Below the pieces are notes generated by a model, which saw nothing but the letters and a program-made list of their open reading frames with translations, did not search any database and was not told the origin of the DNA. DNA of 64,000 bases from Vicinamibacterales bacterium (lineage in GTDB: Bacteria > Acidobacteriota > Vicinamibacteria > Vicinamibacterales > UBA2999), in the NCBI GenBank assembly GCA_038919385.1, contig JBCKZH010000002.1:6868-70867 (forward strand), in the 5' to 3' direction. The translations under genes and the position numbers were made by a program. Below, piece after piece: positions 48,886 through 57,853 of the stretch. Numbering within the stretch: the stretch's first letter is position 1; each line of letters opens with the position of its first letter.

Positions 48886-50150
48886 TGAACGCGACCACCA
48901 TCGCTGCCGCAAGCCGCAAGCCGCAGGCCGCAGGCTTCGACGTTGCGAAGGTTCGAGCCGACTTTCCGATCCTGAGCGAGCGGGTGCACGGCAAGCCGCT
49001 GGTGTATCTCGATAGCGCCAACACCAGCCAGAAGCCCGAATCGGTGTTGCGGGCAATGGACGATTACTATCGCCACGCGAATGCCAACATTCATCGCGCC
49101 ACGCACGTCTTGAGCGAGCGTGCGACCGCACTTTACGAGGGTGGCCGCGCGAAGGCGGCGGCGTTCCTCAACGCGCCCGACCCGCGCAGCATCGTGCTGA
49201 CCAAGGGCACCACTGACGGCATCAACCTGGTGGCGCAGAGCTACGGCCGGTCGATGCTCAAGGCGGGCGACGAGATTCTGCTGTCGTGGCTGGAGCACCA
49301 CTCGAACATCGTGCCCTGGCAGTTGGTGGCCGAGCAGACGGGCGCGGTCATCAAGGTCGTGCCCATCAACGACGCCGGAGAACTCGAGCTGGACCAGTTC
49401 GCGGCGCTGTTGTCATCGCGCACGAAGATCCTGGCCGTTGGCCACGTCTCGAATGCGCTCGGCACCATCAATCCGGTCAAGGCGATGATTGCCCAGGCCC
49501 ATGCCGCTGGCGCCGTGGTGCTGGTGGATGGCGCGCAGGCCGCGCCGCACCTGGCCATTGACGTGCAGGACCTCGGCTGCGACTTCTACGTGTTGTCGAG
49601 TCACAAGATGTTCGGCCCCACCGGCACGGGCGTGCTCTACGGCCGGGCGTCACTGCTCGAGGCGATGCCGCCCTATCAAGGTGGCGGCGACATGATCGCG
49701 TCGGTGACGTTCGAGAAGACGCTCTACAACCAGGTGCCGTACAAGTTCGAAGCCGGGACGCCCAACATGGCCGGAGTGGTCGGGCTGGGCGCGGCCATCG
49801 ACTACCTGGCGGGAATCGATCGCGACGCCGCGCTCGCACACGAAGACGCGGTGCTGGAGTACGCGACCGCGCAGGTGCGTCAGATCCCGGGCACGCGCAT
49901 CATCGGCGAAGCCCGCCACAAGACCGGCGTGCTGTCGTTCATGCTCGAAGGCGTGCATCCGCACGATGCCGGCACCATTCTGGACAAGCAGGGCGTCGCG
50001 GTGCGCACCGGACAGCACTGCGCGCAGCCGGTGATGGACCGCTTCTGCATTCCGGCGACGATTCGTGCCTCGCTGGGCATTTACAACACACGCGAGGACA
50101 TTGACGCCCTCGTAACCGGCCTGCACAAGGTCCGGGAGTTGTTCGTATGA
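48885..50150 (+). CDS. sufS: class II cysteine desulfurase SufS
   Basis: DFPIL...GKPLVYLDSANTSQKP; SSHKMFGPTG; RTGQHCAQP; TGATG coupling with sufD. Confidence 0.9.
   Translation: MNATTIAAASRKPQAAGFDVAKVRADFPILSERVHGKPLVYLDSANTSQKPESVLRAMDDYYRHANANIHRATHVLSERATALYEGGRAKAAAFLNAPDPRSIVLTKGTTDGINLVAQSYGRSMLKAGDEILLSWLEHHSNIVPWQLVAEQTGAVIKVVPINDAGELELDQFAALLSSRTKILAVGHVSNALGTINPVKAMIAQAHAAGAVVLVDGAQAAPHLAIDVQDLGCDFYVLSSHKMFGPTGTGVLYGRASLLEAMPPYQGGGDMIASVTFEKTLYNQVPYKFEAGTPNMAGVVGLGAAIDYLAGIDRDAALAHEDAVLEYATAQVRQIPGTRIIGEARHKTGVLSFMLEGVHPHDAGTILDKQGVAVRTGQHCAQPVMDRFCIPATIRASLGIYNTREDIDALVTGLHKVRELFV
48906..48934 (+). repeat. heptamer-family array inside the 5' coding end of sufS
   Basis: gccgcaagccgcaagccgcaggccgcagg, translated as AASRKPQAAG. 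Confidence 0.8.
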
Positions 50151-50593
50151 GCGAGCTCACCGACCTCTATCAAGAAGTCATCCTGGACCACAACCGCCGC
50201 CCGCATAACTTCCGGGCGATCGAGGGTGCCACGAAGCAGGAAGGCTACAACCCTCTGTGCGGCGATCGCCTCACCTTGTACGTCGCGATCGAAGGCGGCG
50301 TGATCAAAGACGTCGCGTTCCAGGGATCGGGCTGCGCCATTTCGAAAGCCTCTGCCTCGCTGATGACTGACGCCATCAAGGGCAAGACCGCGGCTGAAGC
50401 GCGGGCGCTATTCGACCAGTTTCACGCCATGATCACGTCGGACCACACCGGTCCGGCCGCTGACCTGGGCAAACTGTCGGTGCTCGCGGGCGTCCGTGAG
50501 TTCCCGGCCCGCATCAAGTGTGCCAGCCTGGCCTGGCACACGATGAAGGCCGCGGTCGCGCACGAGACCGACGCGCCGGTATCCACCGAATGA
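50147..50593 (+). CDS. sufU: SufU (NifU-family sulfur-transfer/scaffold protein)
   Basis: LYQEVILDHNRRPHNF...NPLCGD...GSGCAIS...IKCASL. Confidence 0.9.
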   Translation: MSELTDLYQEVILDHNRRPHNFRAIEGATKQEGYNPLCGDRLTLYVAIEGGVIKDVAFQGSGCAISKASASLMTDAIKGKTAAEARALFDQFHAMITSDHTGPAADLGKLSVLAGVREFPARIKCASLAWHTMKAAVAHETDAPVSTE

Positions 50594-50997
50594 ATCACCT
50601 GCCTGTCATGACCACCGGCGGCCTGCCCGAAGACAGCGCCGCCAACGCCGTCAGCCAGTCCACCGGTGACATCACGCCGGACCCGGCGAACACCGAGGCG
50701 ATCGCCCCGAAAGTGATCGAGGCGCTCAAGACTGTGTTCGACCCAGAGATCCCCGTCAACATCTTCGAGCTGGGGCTGATCTACGACGTGATCGTCGACG
50801 CCGCCGGGCAGGTGGGCGTGAAGATGACGTTGACCGCTCCCAACTGTCCCGCCGCGCAGTCGCTGCCGGTCGAGGTGCGCGACAAGGCACGCTCGGTCGA
50901 AGGCGTCACTGACGCGAAGGTCGAAGTCGTGTGGGATCCCCCCTGGACCAAGGACCGCATGTCGGACGTGGCGAAGCTCGAACTCGGGATGCTGTAG
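50590..50997 (+). CDS. sufT: DUF59/SufT-type Fe-S assembly protein
   Basis: VFDPEIPVNIFELGLIY...MTLTAPNCP; ATGA overlap with sufU. Confidence 0.85.
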   Translation: MNHLPVMTTGGLPEDSAANAVSQSTGDITPDPANTEAIAPKVIEALKTVFDPEIPVNIFELGLIYDVIVDAAGQVGVKMTLTAPNCPAAQSLPVEVRDKARSVEGVTDAKVEVVWDPPWTKDRMSDVAKLELGML

Positions 50998-51003
50998 CGA
51001 CTG

Positions 51004-51060
51004 GCGACTTGCGGCCTGCGACTTGAGGTCGCCACAAGCCGCAAGCCTCAAGCCGCGAGC
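51004..51060. repeat. inverted heptamer-family arrays after the suf operon (hairpin, possible terminator)
   Basis: gcgacttgcggcctgcgacttgagg tcgc cacaagccgcaagcctcaagccgcgagc. Confidence 0.75.
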
Positions 51061-51085
51061 CTCCCTCCGGCGTCATAATGACGGG

Positions 51086-51583
51086 ATGCGGGTTCTTGCG
51101 CTGTTCGCGCTCCTTTTGAGCCTGTCTTCGCCCGTCGGGGCGCAGGGCGCCGAACCCGCTTCGCCAACCCCGGCCGACTCCCAGATCGACGCGACCAAGC
51201 TCGGTGTGTCGCTGGAGCGCATCCGGCGCGGCTTGCGGGTGACCGAGTCGCGTGAAAAGCAGCAGCAGCAGGCCGGCGCCGCCCTGCGACTCGAGTTCCA
51301 GGTACAGGTCTACGGTATGGCGCCGAAGATCGAAGTCCTCAAGGGCGTGGACCTGTTCAATGGTCCGGTGCCCGGCTCCGCTCCGACCCACCGCCAGTTC
51401 ATCGACTTTGTGACCCCGCAGATCTATCGCACGCCGGCCATGCCCCTGTCGGCGCTGGCCGGCTGGGCCGCCGTACAGTTGTTCCAGAAGAGCAAGAAAG
51501 CGCGCTGCGAGGAAGAGATCGAAGGCTACCGCGCGCTGCTGATGCAGGGCGTCAGCGTGTCGGCGCCGCGCTGCACGCAATAG
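51086..51583 (+). CDS. secreted hypothetical protein
   Basis: Signal peptide MRVLALFALLLSLSSPVGAQG; no recognised motif. Confidence 0.55.
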   Translation: MRVLALFALLLSLSSPVGAQGAEPASPTPADSQIDATKLGVSLERIRRGLRVTESREKQQQQAGAALRLEFQVQVYGMAPKIEVLKGVDLFNGPVPGSAPTHRQFIDFVTPQIYRTPAMPLSALAGWAAVQLFQKSKKARCEEEIEGYRALLMQGVSVSAPRCTQ

Positions 51584-51590
51584 GTTCTCC

Positions 51591-51612
51591 CAAGCCGCAA
51601 GCCGCAAGCCGC
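51591..51612 (+). repeat. CAAGCCG x3
   Basis: caagccgcaagccgcaagccgc. Confidence 0.8.
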
Positions 51613-51650
51613 ATAGCCGTTGACGCCGAGGGCAGCCTCAACGTCTACTC

Positions 51651-52192
51651 TTGGCACCCATGACGATGAAGCCCTTCGCCATCACCGCGGCGCTGCTCGC
51701 GGTCCTCGCCGTCGCTCCGGCCATGCGCGCGCAATCGGTTCCGCCAGAAGGCCCGGTCGGTCCGAGTCCGTATGACATCGTGCGGGGATGGCAGAAGCCG
51801 TTCGCGGGTCCCGGCTATGCGTTCGGAGGCAACTCCGGCGTGTTCGCGGAATCGCCGGATCGCTCAAGATGAACGTGCTGACGCTGGCCGACCGCCGCGA
51901 GTGGCGCAACTGCCTCTATACCCTCGACATCATCGTCAACGACGACAGCCTGTGGATCACGGACCTGAAGCCGCTACGCTTTGTGAAGCTCGACTTCGCC
52001 GGGAACCACCTCTACACCTGGCTGGTGCCCAGCGATTTGCCGGACGGGTATCTGGAAGTGCATGCGTTCTCGGTGGACTCGGCCGGCAATCTTTACGGCG
52101 GCGACAACCAGTACGGGCGCACCCAGAAGTTCGTGCCGAAGCCTGGCGCGAACCCGGCGCACCTGATTCGCGCGCCGTGGGTCGCCAAGTAA
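51651..52192 (+). pseudogene. secreted six-bladed-propeller (NHL-like) protein with an internal deletion and frameshift
   Basis: The signal peptide plus GGNSGVFAESPDR in one frame joins the C-terminal blades (FSVDSAGNLYGGDNQYGRTQKF) in another; the middle is missing. Confidence 0.5.
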
Positions 52193-52200
52193 GGCTCCCG

Positions 52201-53295
52201 CTACTTCGCCGCGGCCGCCGGTGCCGGCAGCGCCTTGCCCTGCAAGCCGACCAGTTGCTTCGCCAGGTGGTTGACCACCACCGCGCCATTGCGAACGTCG
52301 GTGAGATACGCCGCGCGCAACAGTTGCTCGCGACGTCCACGCAACGCGCCCGTGATGGCTTCTTTCACGGCCGGCATGCTGGGATCTTTCTGACCGGCGG
52401 TGTCCTTCGCGACCAACAGCACGACGGTGTGTGCGCCGCCGTTGCTCACGACGCGCACTGAACCTGGCTCCGACTTCAGCACGGCATCGCGCAAGGCCTG
52501 GGGCGCCTGTTGCAGGGCCGAGATCGGGATGAAGCCGAGGTCGCCGCCGCGCGGCGCCGACTGCGGGTCCTCGGAAAAATCCGCGGCGAGGTCGCCGAAG
52601 GCCACGCCCGCCTTCAGACGTTCCATCAGCATCTGCGTCTTGGCCGCCGCTTCTTGTGGCGTCTTCGCATCGTCGCCCGTGCGATTGGCGATTTCCTGTT
52701 CGCGCACCGGCGTGACGGCGATCTGCGCAATGTGGTACGCGTCTTCGGCGCGGTTGAACTGTGCCTTGTTGGCGTTGAAGAAATCGGTCACTTCCTGATC
52801 GGTCACGATGACCTTGGCGACGACCTCGCGATCCACCACCTTCTGCGCGAGCATGTCGCGGCGCAGCGCCTCGCGCATGTCGGCGACGGTCAGGTTACGG
52901 GCGGCGAGGCTCTTCTCGAATGCCTCGGGGGTGATGTTCTTCTTGCCCTCTTCGAACGCCTTATCGACATCGGTATCGGGCAGCTCGATCTTCAGCTCAC
53001 GCGCCTTGGCGATCAACAGCTCCTGCACGATCATCTCGTTCAGCAGGGTCAGCTTGGCGGTCGTGATCTCTTCCTCGGACGGGGTCGCGTTGTCCTGCGC
53101 AGTGCGGCGATAGGCCTTTTCCACGTCGTCGCGCTTGATCTCGTGGCCATCGACGACGGCCCACGCGTCCGGCGACGCCGCGGGCGTGGCAGGAGTAGAT
53201 CGGCACGCGCCGGCCAGGACCGACACCGCGAGAATGAACAACACGGCGCCGTGAGGACGAACAAGGGGGGTCGCGATTCGCTTCATTTGATCCAT
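52201..53295 (-). CDS. SurA/PpiD-like periplasmic chaperone with a PpiC-type peptidyl-prolyl isomerase domain
   Basis: Lipoprotein-like signal (LAGAC); ...FGDLAADFSEDPQSAPRGGDLGFI. Confidence 0.8.
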   Translation of the reverse strand: MDQMKRIATPLVRPHGAVLFILAVSVLAGACRSTPATPAASPDAWAVVDGHEIKRDDVEKAYRRTAQDNATPSEEEITTAKLTLLNEMIVQELLIAKARELKIELPDTDVDKAFEEGKKNITPEAFEKSLAARNLTVADMREALRRDMLAQKVVDREVVAKVIVTDQEVTDFFNANKAQFNRAEDAYHIAQIAVTPVREQEIANRTGDDAKTPQEAAAKTQMLMERLKAGVAFGDLAADFSEDPQSAPRGGDLGFIPISALQQAPQALRDAVLKSEPGSVRVVSNGGAHTVVLLVAKDTAGQKDPSMPAVKEAITGALRGRREQLLRAAYLTDVRNGAVVVNHLAKQLVGLQGKALPAPAAAAK

Positions 53296-53300
53296 TGTAT

Positions 53301-54092
53301 TCAGGACCCGGCAACGGCGAGCCGGATTATGTTGTGGAGCTGCGCCACGCCCTCGGTGAGTGCCGCCGGTCCGGGCTGCAGAATGTAGGTGGACTTCACT
53401 TCGTAGATGTGCCCGTTCTTCACCGCGGGCACGTCCGCCCACCCGGGTCGTGCCGCGATTCGGGCCGGACGCACCGGCTTGCCGCACCACGACCCGATGA
53501 TCACGTCGGGCGCACGGGCGATGACCTGTTCGCTGGTGACGATGCGGTCCTTGGCGAGGCTGGCCTTGTCCAACTCGGGGAAGATGGGATCGCCGCCGGC
53601 AATCTGCACCAGTTCCTCGGTCCAGCGAATGCCGCTGATCAGCGGGTCGTACCATTCCTCGAAGAACACCTTCGGTCGTCGCGGCAACGCCACCGCCTTC
53701 TCGCGGATCTCGTCAAGGCCTCGGCCGAGTCGATTCGCGAGCGCCGCTGCCTTCTCCGGCACACCGACCATGCCGCCGAGTACGCGGATCATCTGCAGGA
53801 TCTCGGCAATGCTGCGCTGGTTGAACGTGAAGACCGGGTAGCCACGCTTGACCAAGTCGTTGGTGATGTCAGCCTGGAGATCCGAGAAGGCGAGTATGAG
53901 GTCGGGCTTCAGCGCCTCGATCTTCTCGTAACGGGCGTGCAGGAATGACGAGACCTTTGGCTTCTGGCGCGCTTCCGGTGGGCGGACCGTGTAGCCGGAG
54001 ATGCCGACGACGCGGTCGCCCTCGCCGAGCAGATACAGCGTCTCGGTGGTCTCTTCGGTGAGGCAGACGATGCGGCTGGGGAAGTCGCTCAC
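53301..54092 (-). CDS. BtuF-like cobalamin/siderophore-type binding protein without an obvious signal peptide
   Basis: GTG start; RIVCLTEETTETLYLLG...KPDLILAFS...; PF01497-like pattern. Confidence 0.7.
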   Translation of the reverse strand: MSDFPSRIVCLTEETTETLYLLGEGDRVVGISGYTVRPPEARQKPKVSSFLHARYEKIEALKPDLILAFSDLQADITNDLVKRGYPVFTFNQRSIAEILQMIRVLGGMVGVPEKAAALANRLGRGLDEIREKAVALPRRPKVFFEEWYDPLISGIRWTEELVQIAGGDPIFPELDKASLAKDRIVTSEQVIARAPDVIIGSWCGKPVRPARIAARPGWADVPAVKNGHIYEVKSTYILQPGPAALTEGVAQLHNIIRLAVAGS

Positions 54093-54096
54093 GATG

Positions 54097-54630
54097 TTAG
54101 CGCGAGAAATGCCGGACGCGGGCGAGCACACCGGTTGGCGGCGCGCCGCTCGCCACGGCCTTCCAGCCGACGATCCCGTCTGACTCGCCGAAGATGACCA
54201 GCACGCGCCCGTCGCGTGGCGTGGCTGCGCACTCGACCGCAGCGACGACTGCGATGCCCGTGGCTCCGCCTGGACCGAGTGCGGCCGATGGCGCGACGAG
54301 GCGCCGGGCGCCACGCGTCCTGAGTCGGCGCGCCAGTGTCTGACAAGCCGCGTAGGTATCGCGACCGCCGGTCAGCACCTTCGACGGCAGCGACACGGCA
54401 GTAGCGGGCGCATCGTCCAGTTCAACGGCCCACAGTGCACGCCGCACGGTCGCGACGTCGGCCGGGTCATGGATCTCTTCGTGCCGCAGCAGTTCCGCCC
54501 AGGCGCCATCCGGCGTATCGGCGAAGTAGTGGGCCGGGCCCTCGCCCTCGGCGTGCCAACGTGCCGCGGGCTGCGACGCGTCACTCCACAGAAACGGATA
54601 GCGCGGGTCGGCCTGCCGGAAGACGATCAT
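54097..54630 (-). CDS. RES-domain toxin
   Basis: FRQADPRYPF...RWH...; size and ATGA-type overlap with the upstream DUF2384 gene. Confidence 0.8.
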   Translation of the reverse strand: MIVFRQADPRYPFLWSDASQPAARWHAEGEGPAHYFADTPDGAWAELLRHEEIHDPADVATVRRALWAVELDDAPATAVSLPSKVLTGGRDTYAACQTLARRLRTRGARRLVAPSAALGPGGATGIAVVAAVECAATPRDGRVLVIFGESDGIVGWKAVASGAPPTGVLARVRHFSR

Positions 54631-55247
54631 GTCGCCGCCAGCGTGATCAGCGAACGCGCCAGTTCACGGACTCGAAGTGGCGAGGCATCGTCCGGGTTCC
54701 AGTCGCCCGACAGCAGCGCCGCCGGCGCGCGGTCATCGAGCGCAGTGCGCCGGCGCTCGAACCAGCGACGCACCCCGACTTCGTTGTACGCGCCCGCCAG
54801 GTCGCCGACGATCAGCGCCAGGTGATGCAGGCGTCCGGCGACGGCGTCCGGCGTCTCGCGCTCGCCCGAGAGATAGCGACGGAGGCTCGAGACCGAAATG
54901 TGCAGGAGGCCCGCCAACTGTTCCGCGTCGATCACTCGAGACACCGCGGGCCATTCGAACTGCGGGGCCGGCGACGCGTCGAGTGCGGCGATCACCAGAT
55001 GCAGCAGCGATTCCACCTCGCCAGTGGCGGGCGGTTCGACGTTGTCGAAATGGAAGGCCGTGCCGCGCGCGATCCCGGCGTCTCGGACCCGTTGCAACAA
55101 GGGGCCAATGTTTGTGGGGTCCACCACTCCGGTCCCGGGGCCGAGCAGTCCCATGGCGTCGGCCCGCCGCCACGCTTCGAGCGCGAGATGACGCACCGAT
55201 CGGTCGCCCGGTGGGACCGGAACGGATGCCAATCGGGACGTAGCCAT
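54627..55247 (-). CDS. Xre-like/DUF2384 antitoxin partner of the RES toxin
   Basis: LAGLLHISVSSLRRYLSGERETPDAVAGRLHHLALIV...RWFERRRTALDDRAPAALL. Confidence 0.8.
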   Translation of the reverse strand: MATSRLASVPVPPGDRSVRHLALEAWRRADAMGLLGPGTGVVDPTNIGPLLQRVRDAGIARGTAFHFDNVEPPATGEVESLLHLVIAALDASPAPQFEWPAVSRVIDAEQLAGLLHISVSSLRRYLSGERETPDAVAGRLHHLALIVGDLAGAYNEVGVRRWFERRRTALDDRAPAALLSGDWNPDDASPLRVRELARSLITLAAT

Positions 55248-55278
55248 ATTCCGATCGTATTCCGATTGCCGACCCCGG

Positions 55279-55962
55279 TCAAGTGGCCGTCACGGCCGCG
55301 GGTTCGTGATGCAGGTCGGCGAAGACGAATCCATCACGGTCGACGATCTCGCCCAGGCGGACAGCGATCGCGTGGTTGAACATGGGGCCGGTGTGCGCGA
55401 ACGAGTGGAACTCTCCGTTCTCCCCGCACGGATCCACGCCGGCTGGCAGATCGGCGATGAAGGACCGATCGAAGGTGCGGCCGGCGAATGCGCGATCGAG
55501 TTTCTGAGGATTCACGCAGGTCAGGGTGGCGCGCAGTCCGCCAGCCATCATGTCCTGCGCGAGAGCGGCCGTGGACTTGGTCTTCCAGATCGGAAACAGC
55601 GGCTCGAGGCCGGAACCGGCGAGCCGTTCCTCGCGATAGCGGCGGACGTCTTCGAGAAACAGGTCGCCGAACGCGACGTGGGTAAAGCCGCCGGTCACGA
55701 AGCCTGCCACCGCCGTCTGCATGATCGCTTCGTAGTGCGCGTTCGAACACGGCCACGGCAGGGGCACCACGTGCAGAGGCAGGGCGGCGGCGTCGGCTTG
55801 GGCCTGGAGGAGTTCGCGTCGTACGGCATGCGTCGCCACCCGGTCGAAGGCTTCGTTGGTGGTGGTGAGCAACCCCGCAACCGCGCCAGGGTGTTGCTGC
55901 CTGAGCGTGTGGAGCATCCAGGCCGAGTCCTTGCCGGTCGACCAACTGACCAGGATCTTCAT
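55279..55962 (-). CDS. DUF71/COG2102 (Dph6-related, MJ0570-like) PP-loop ATP pyrophosphatase
   Basis: SWSTGKDS PP-loop; GDLFLEDVRRYRE; CGENGEFHSF; ATGA overlap with btuF. Confidence 0.8.
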   Translation of the reverse strand: MKILVSWSTGKDSAWMLHTLRQQHPGAVAGLLTTTNEAFDRVATHAVRRELLQAQADAAALPLHVVPLPWPCSNAHYEAIMQTAVAGFVTGGFTHVAFGDLFLEDVRRYREERLAGSGLEPLFPIWKTKSTAALAQDMMAGGLRATLTCVNPQKLDRAFAGRTFDRSFIADLPAGVDPCGENGEFHSFAHTGPMFNHAIAVRLGEIVDRDGFVFADLHHEPAAVTAT

Positions 55963-56855
55963 GGGTGCAGCGCCTTCGCCATTCGCTCCACGCTCTCGGC
56001 GATGCGCGGGCCGGGCACCGTGACCGCGTGACCAGAAATAAACAGAACCTGTTGGTTGCGCACGGCCGGCACCGACGCCAAGCGCGCCCACGAGGCCAGC
56101 TCTTGCTGCATGGGCAGGCCGGCGGGGATCTCCTCCGGTCGCAACTCCAGAATCACTTCAGGCGCCCGCGACAGGATGGTTTCGATCGAGACCTGCACCG
56201 ACTCCTTGTCGATGTCGTTGAACACATCATCGCCACCCGCGATCTCAAGCATGTCGTGCAGGAAGCCGCGTCCGCCGCTGACGTACAGGTTCCGCAGGGT
56301 CTTGGGCTCGCGCGAGAACACGAGCAGCGTCTTCGGCCGTCGCTTACCGGCGACCCGAGCGCGCACGGCGGCGAGCCTGGCCTCGATCGCCGCGACGGCC
56401 CGATCGGCCTCTGTCGCATGACCCGTGCGCACGCCCAGCTCGGTCATGGTCGCCAGGATGTGGCTCAAGCCGGCGTGACGGTAGTCAAAGGTCGGAATGC
56501 CGGCGCGCTTCATTTGGGCCTGCAGGTCGACCTGGCTGCCATAGGTCATCACCAGGTCTGGCTTGAGCGAGATGATCCGCTCGGTGTCGGGATCGAGCAG
56601 CGCCCCCACGCGCGGTAGCGCCTTCACCTCGGGCGGATACTCGTCGTAGCTCGACACCGCGACGACTTGCGGACCCGCACCAATCGCGTAGAGCATCTCG
56701 GTCAACGCAGGCACCAATGACACGATTCGTTGCGGGCGCGACTGCGCCGCTGGCGCGAAAGAGGCCAGCAACACGAGGCAAGCCCCAAGCCGCAAGCCGC
56801 AAGTCGCGAACCGCCCACCGCAAGCCGCAAGCCGCAAGCCGCAAGCCGATTTCAT
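55959..56855 (-). CDS. btuF: periplasmic cobalamin/iron-siderophore binding protein (BtuF-like)
   Basis: RIVSLVPALTEMLYAIG...KPDLVMTY; the n-region of its signal peptide is encoded by heptamer repeats. Confidence 0.8.
   Translation of the reverse strand: MKSACGLRLAACGGRFATCGLRLGACLVLLASFAPAAQSRPQRIVSLVPALTEMLYAIGAGPQVVAVSSYDEYPPEVKALPRVGALLDPDTERIISLKPDLVMTYGSQVDLQAQMKRAGIPTFDYRHAGLSHILATMTELGVRTGHATEADRAVAAIEARLAAVRARVAGKRRPKTLLVFSREPKTLRNLYVSGGRGFLHDMLEIAGGDDVFNDIDKESVQVSIETILSRAPEVILELRPEEIPAGLPMQQELASWARLASVPAVRNQQVLFISGHAVTVPGPRIAESVERMAKALHP
56779..56848 (+). repeat. longest CAAGCCG heptamer-family array, lying inside the 5' coding end of btuF (minus strand)
   Basis: caagccccaagccgcaagccgcaagtcgcgaaccgcccaccgcaagccgcaagccgcaagccgcaagccg. 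Confidence 0.85.
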
Positions 56856-57853
56856 GATTTCTTCACCAGCAACCAGAGAAAGAACGGCCCGCCGATCAAG
56901 GCCGTGATGATGCCAACCGGCAACTCGAGTGGCGCCACGATCGTGCGTGCCGTCAGGTCACAGAGCACGGTGAACGCCGCGCCGAAGAGGGCCGCGGCCG
57001 GCAACACGATCCGATGATCCGACCCCACCATCAACCGTACGAGGTGGGGCACGACAATGCCGATGAAGCCGATGGGACCGCCCAGCGAGACCGCGGCGCC
57101 AGTGGCCAATGAGGTGCTGAGAAAAGCGAGTCGTTGCGTGCGGACCACCTCCACGCCACGGGCGGCCGCGACGTCCTCGCCGAGCGTCAGCAGGTTCAGC
57201 GTGCGCGGCAGACAGGCAAACACGCCGAAGGCCGCGACGACGAACGGCAGCGCGGCGATGATCGGGGTGTAGCTGCCGACATCCAGGTCGCCCATGAGCC
57301 AGCGAAGCGCCCGCAACGACTGGGTGAAGTCCGCCATGTATTGCACGAACAGGATCAGCGCCGAGAAGAACGAGTTAAGCGTGACTCCGGCCAGCAGCAA
57401 GACGTTGGTCGACAGGCCGCGTTTCCGCGACGAGGCCAGCCAGTAGACGATGGCGGTGGCGACGAGCGAGCCGGTGAAGCTGGCGATGGGAACTGACGAG
57501 ACGCCCATCATCCCGACCTCGAGTCCGAACGCGATCGCCAGCATCGCGCCCAGCGCGCCGCCCGCCGAGACGCCCAACGTGAACGGCGTTGCCAATGGAT
57601 TGCGCAGCATGGCCTGCAACACCACGCCCGCGGCCGCGAGCGAGGCGCCGACGATGGCGCCTGACAGCACGCGTGGCAGACGGGCGACGAAGAAGATCTG
57701 CGCGTCGACGTTCTCGTGCCAGGGGATGGTCGTGTCGAACACCCTCGGCAGCGAGATGCTCGTGCTGCCGACCGTGGGCGCCCACAGCACGACGGCGATC
57801 GTTGCGAGCGCAAACAGCGAGACGACCGTGAAGATGCGACGGCGGATGTTCAC
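56852..57853 (-). CDS. btuC: FecCD-family ABC permease (BtuC-like)
   Basis: Polytopic; ...TALIGGPFFLWLL C-terminal motif. Confidence 0.9.
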   Translation of the reverse strand: MNIRRRIFTVVSLFALATIAVVLWAPTVGSTSISLPRVFDTTIPWHENVDAQIFFVARLPRVLSGAIVGASLAAAGVVLQAMLRNPLATPFTLGVSAGGALGAMLAIAFGLEVGMMGVSSVPIASFTGSLVATAIVYWLASSRKRGLSTNVLLLAGVTLNSFFSALILFVQYMADFTQSLRALRWLMGDLDVGSYTPIIAALPFVVAAFGVFACLPRTLNLLTLGEDVAAARGVEVVRTQRLAFLSTSLATGAAVSLGGPIGFIGIVVPHLVRLMVGSDHRIVLPAAALFGAAFTVLCDLTARTIVAPLELPVGIITALIGGPFFLWLLVKKS

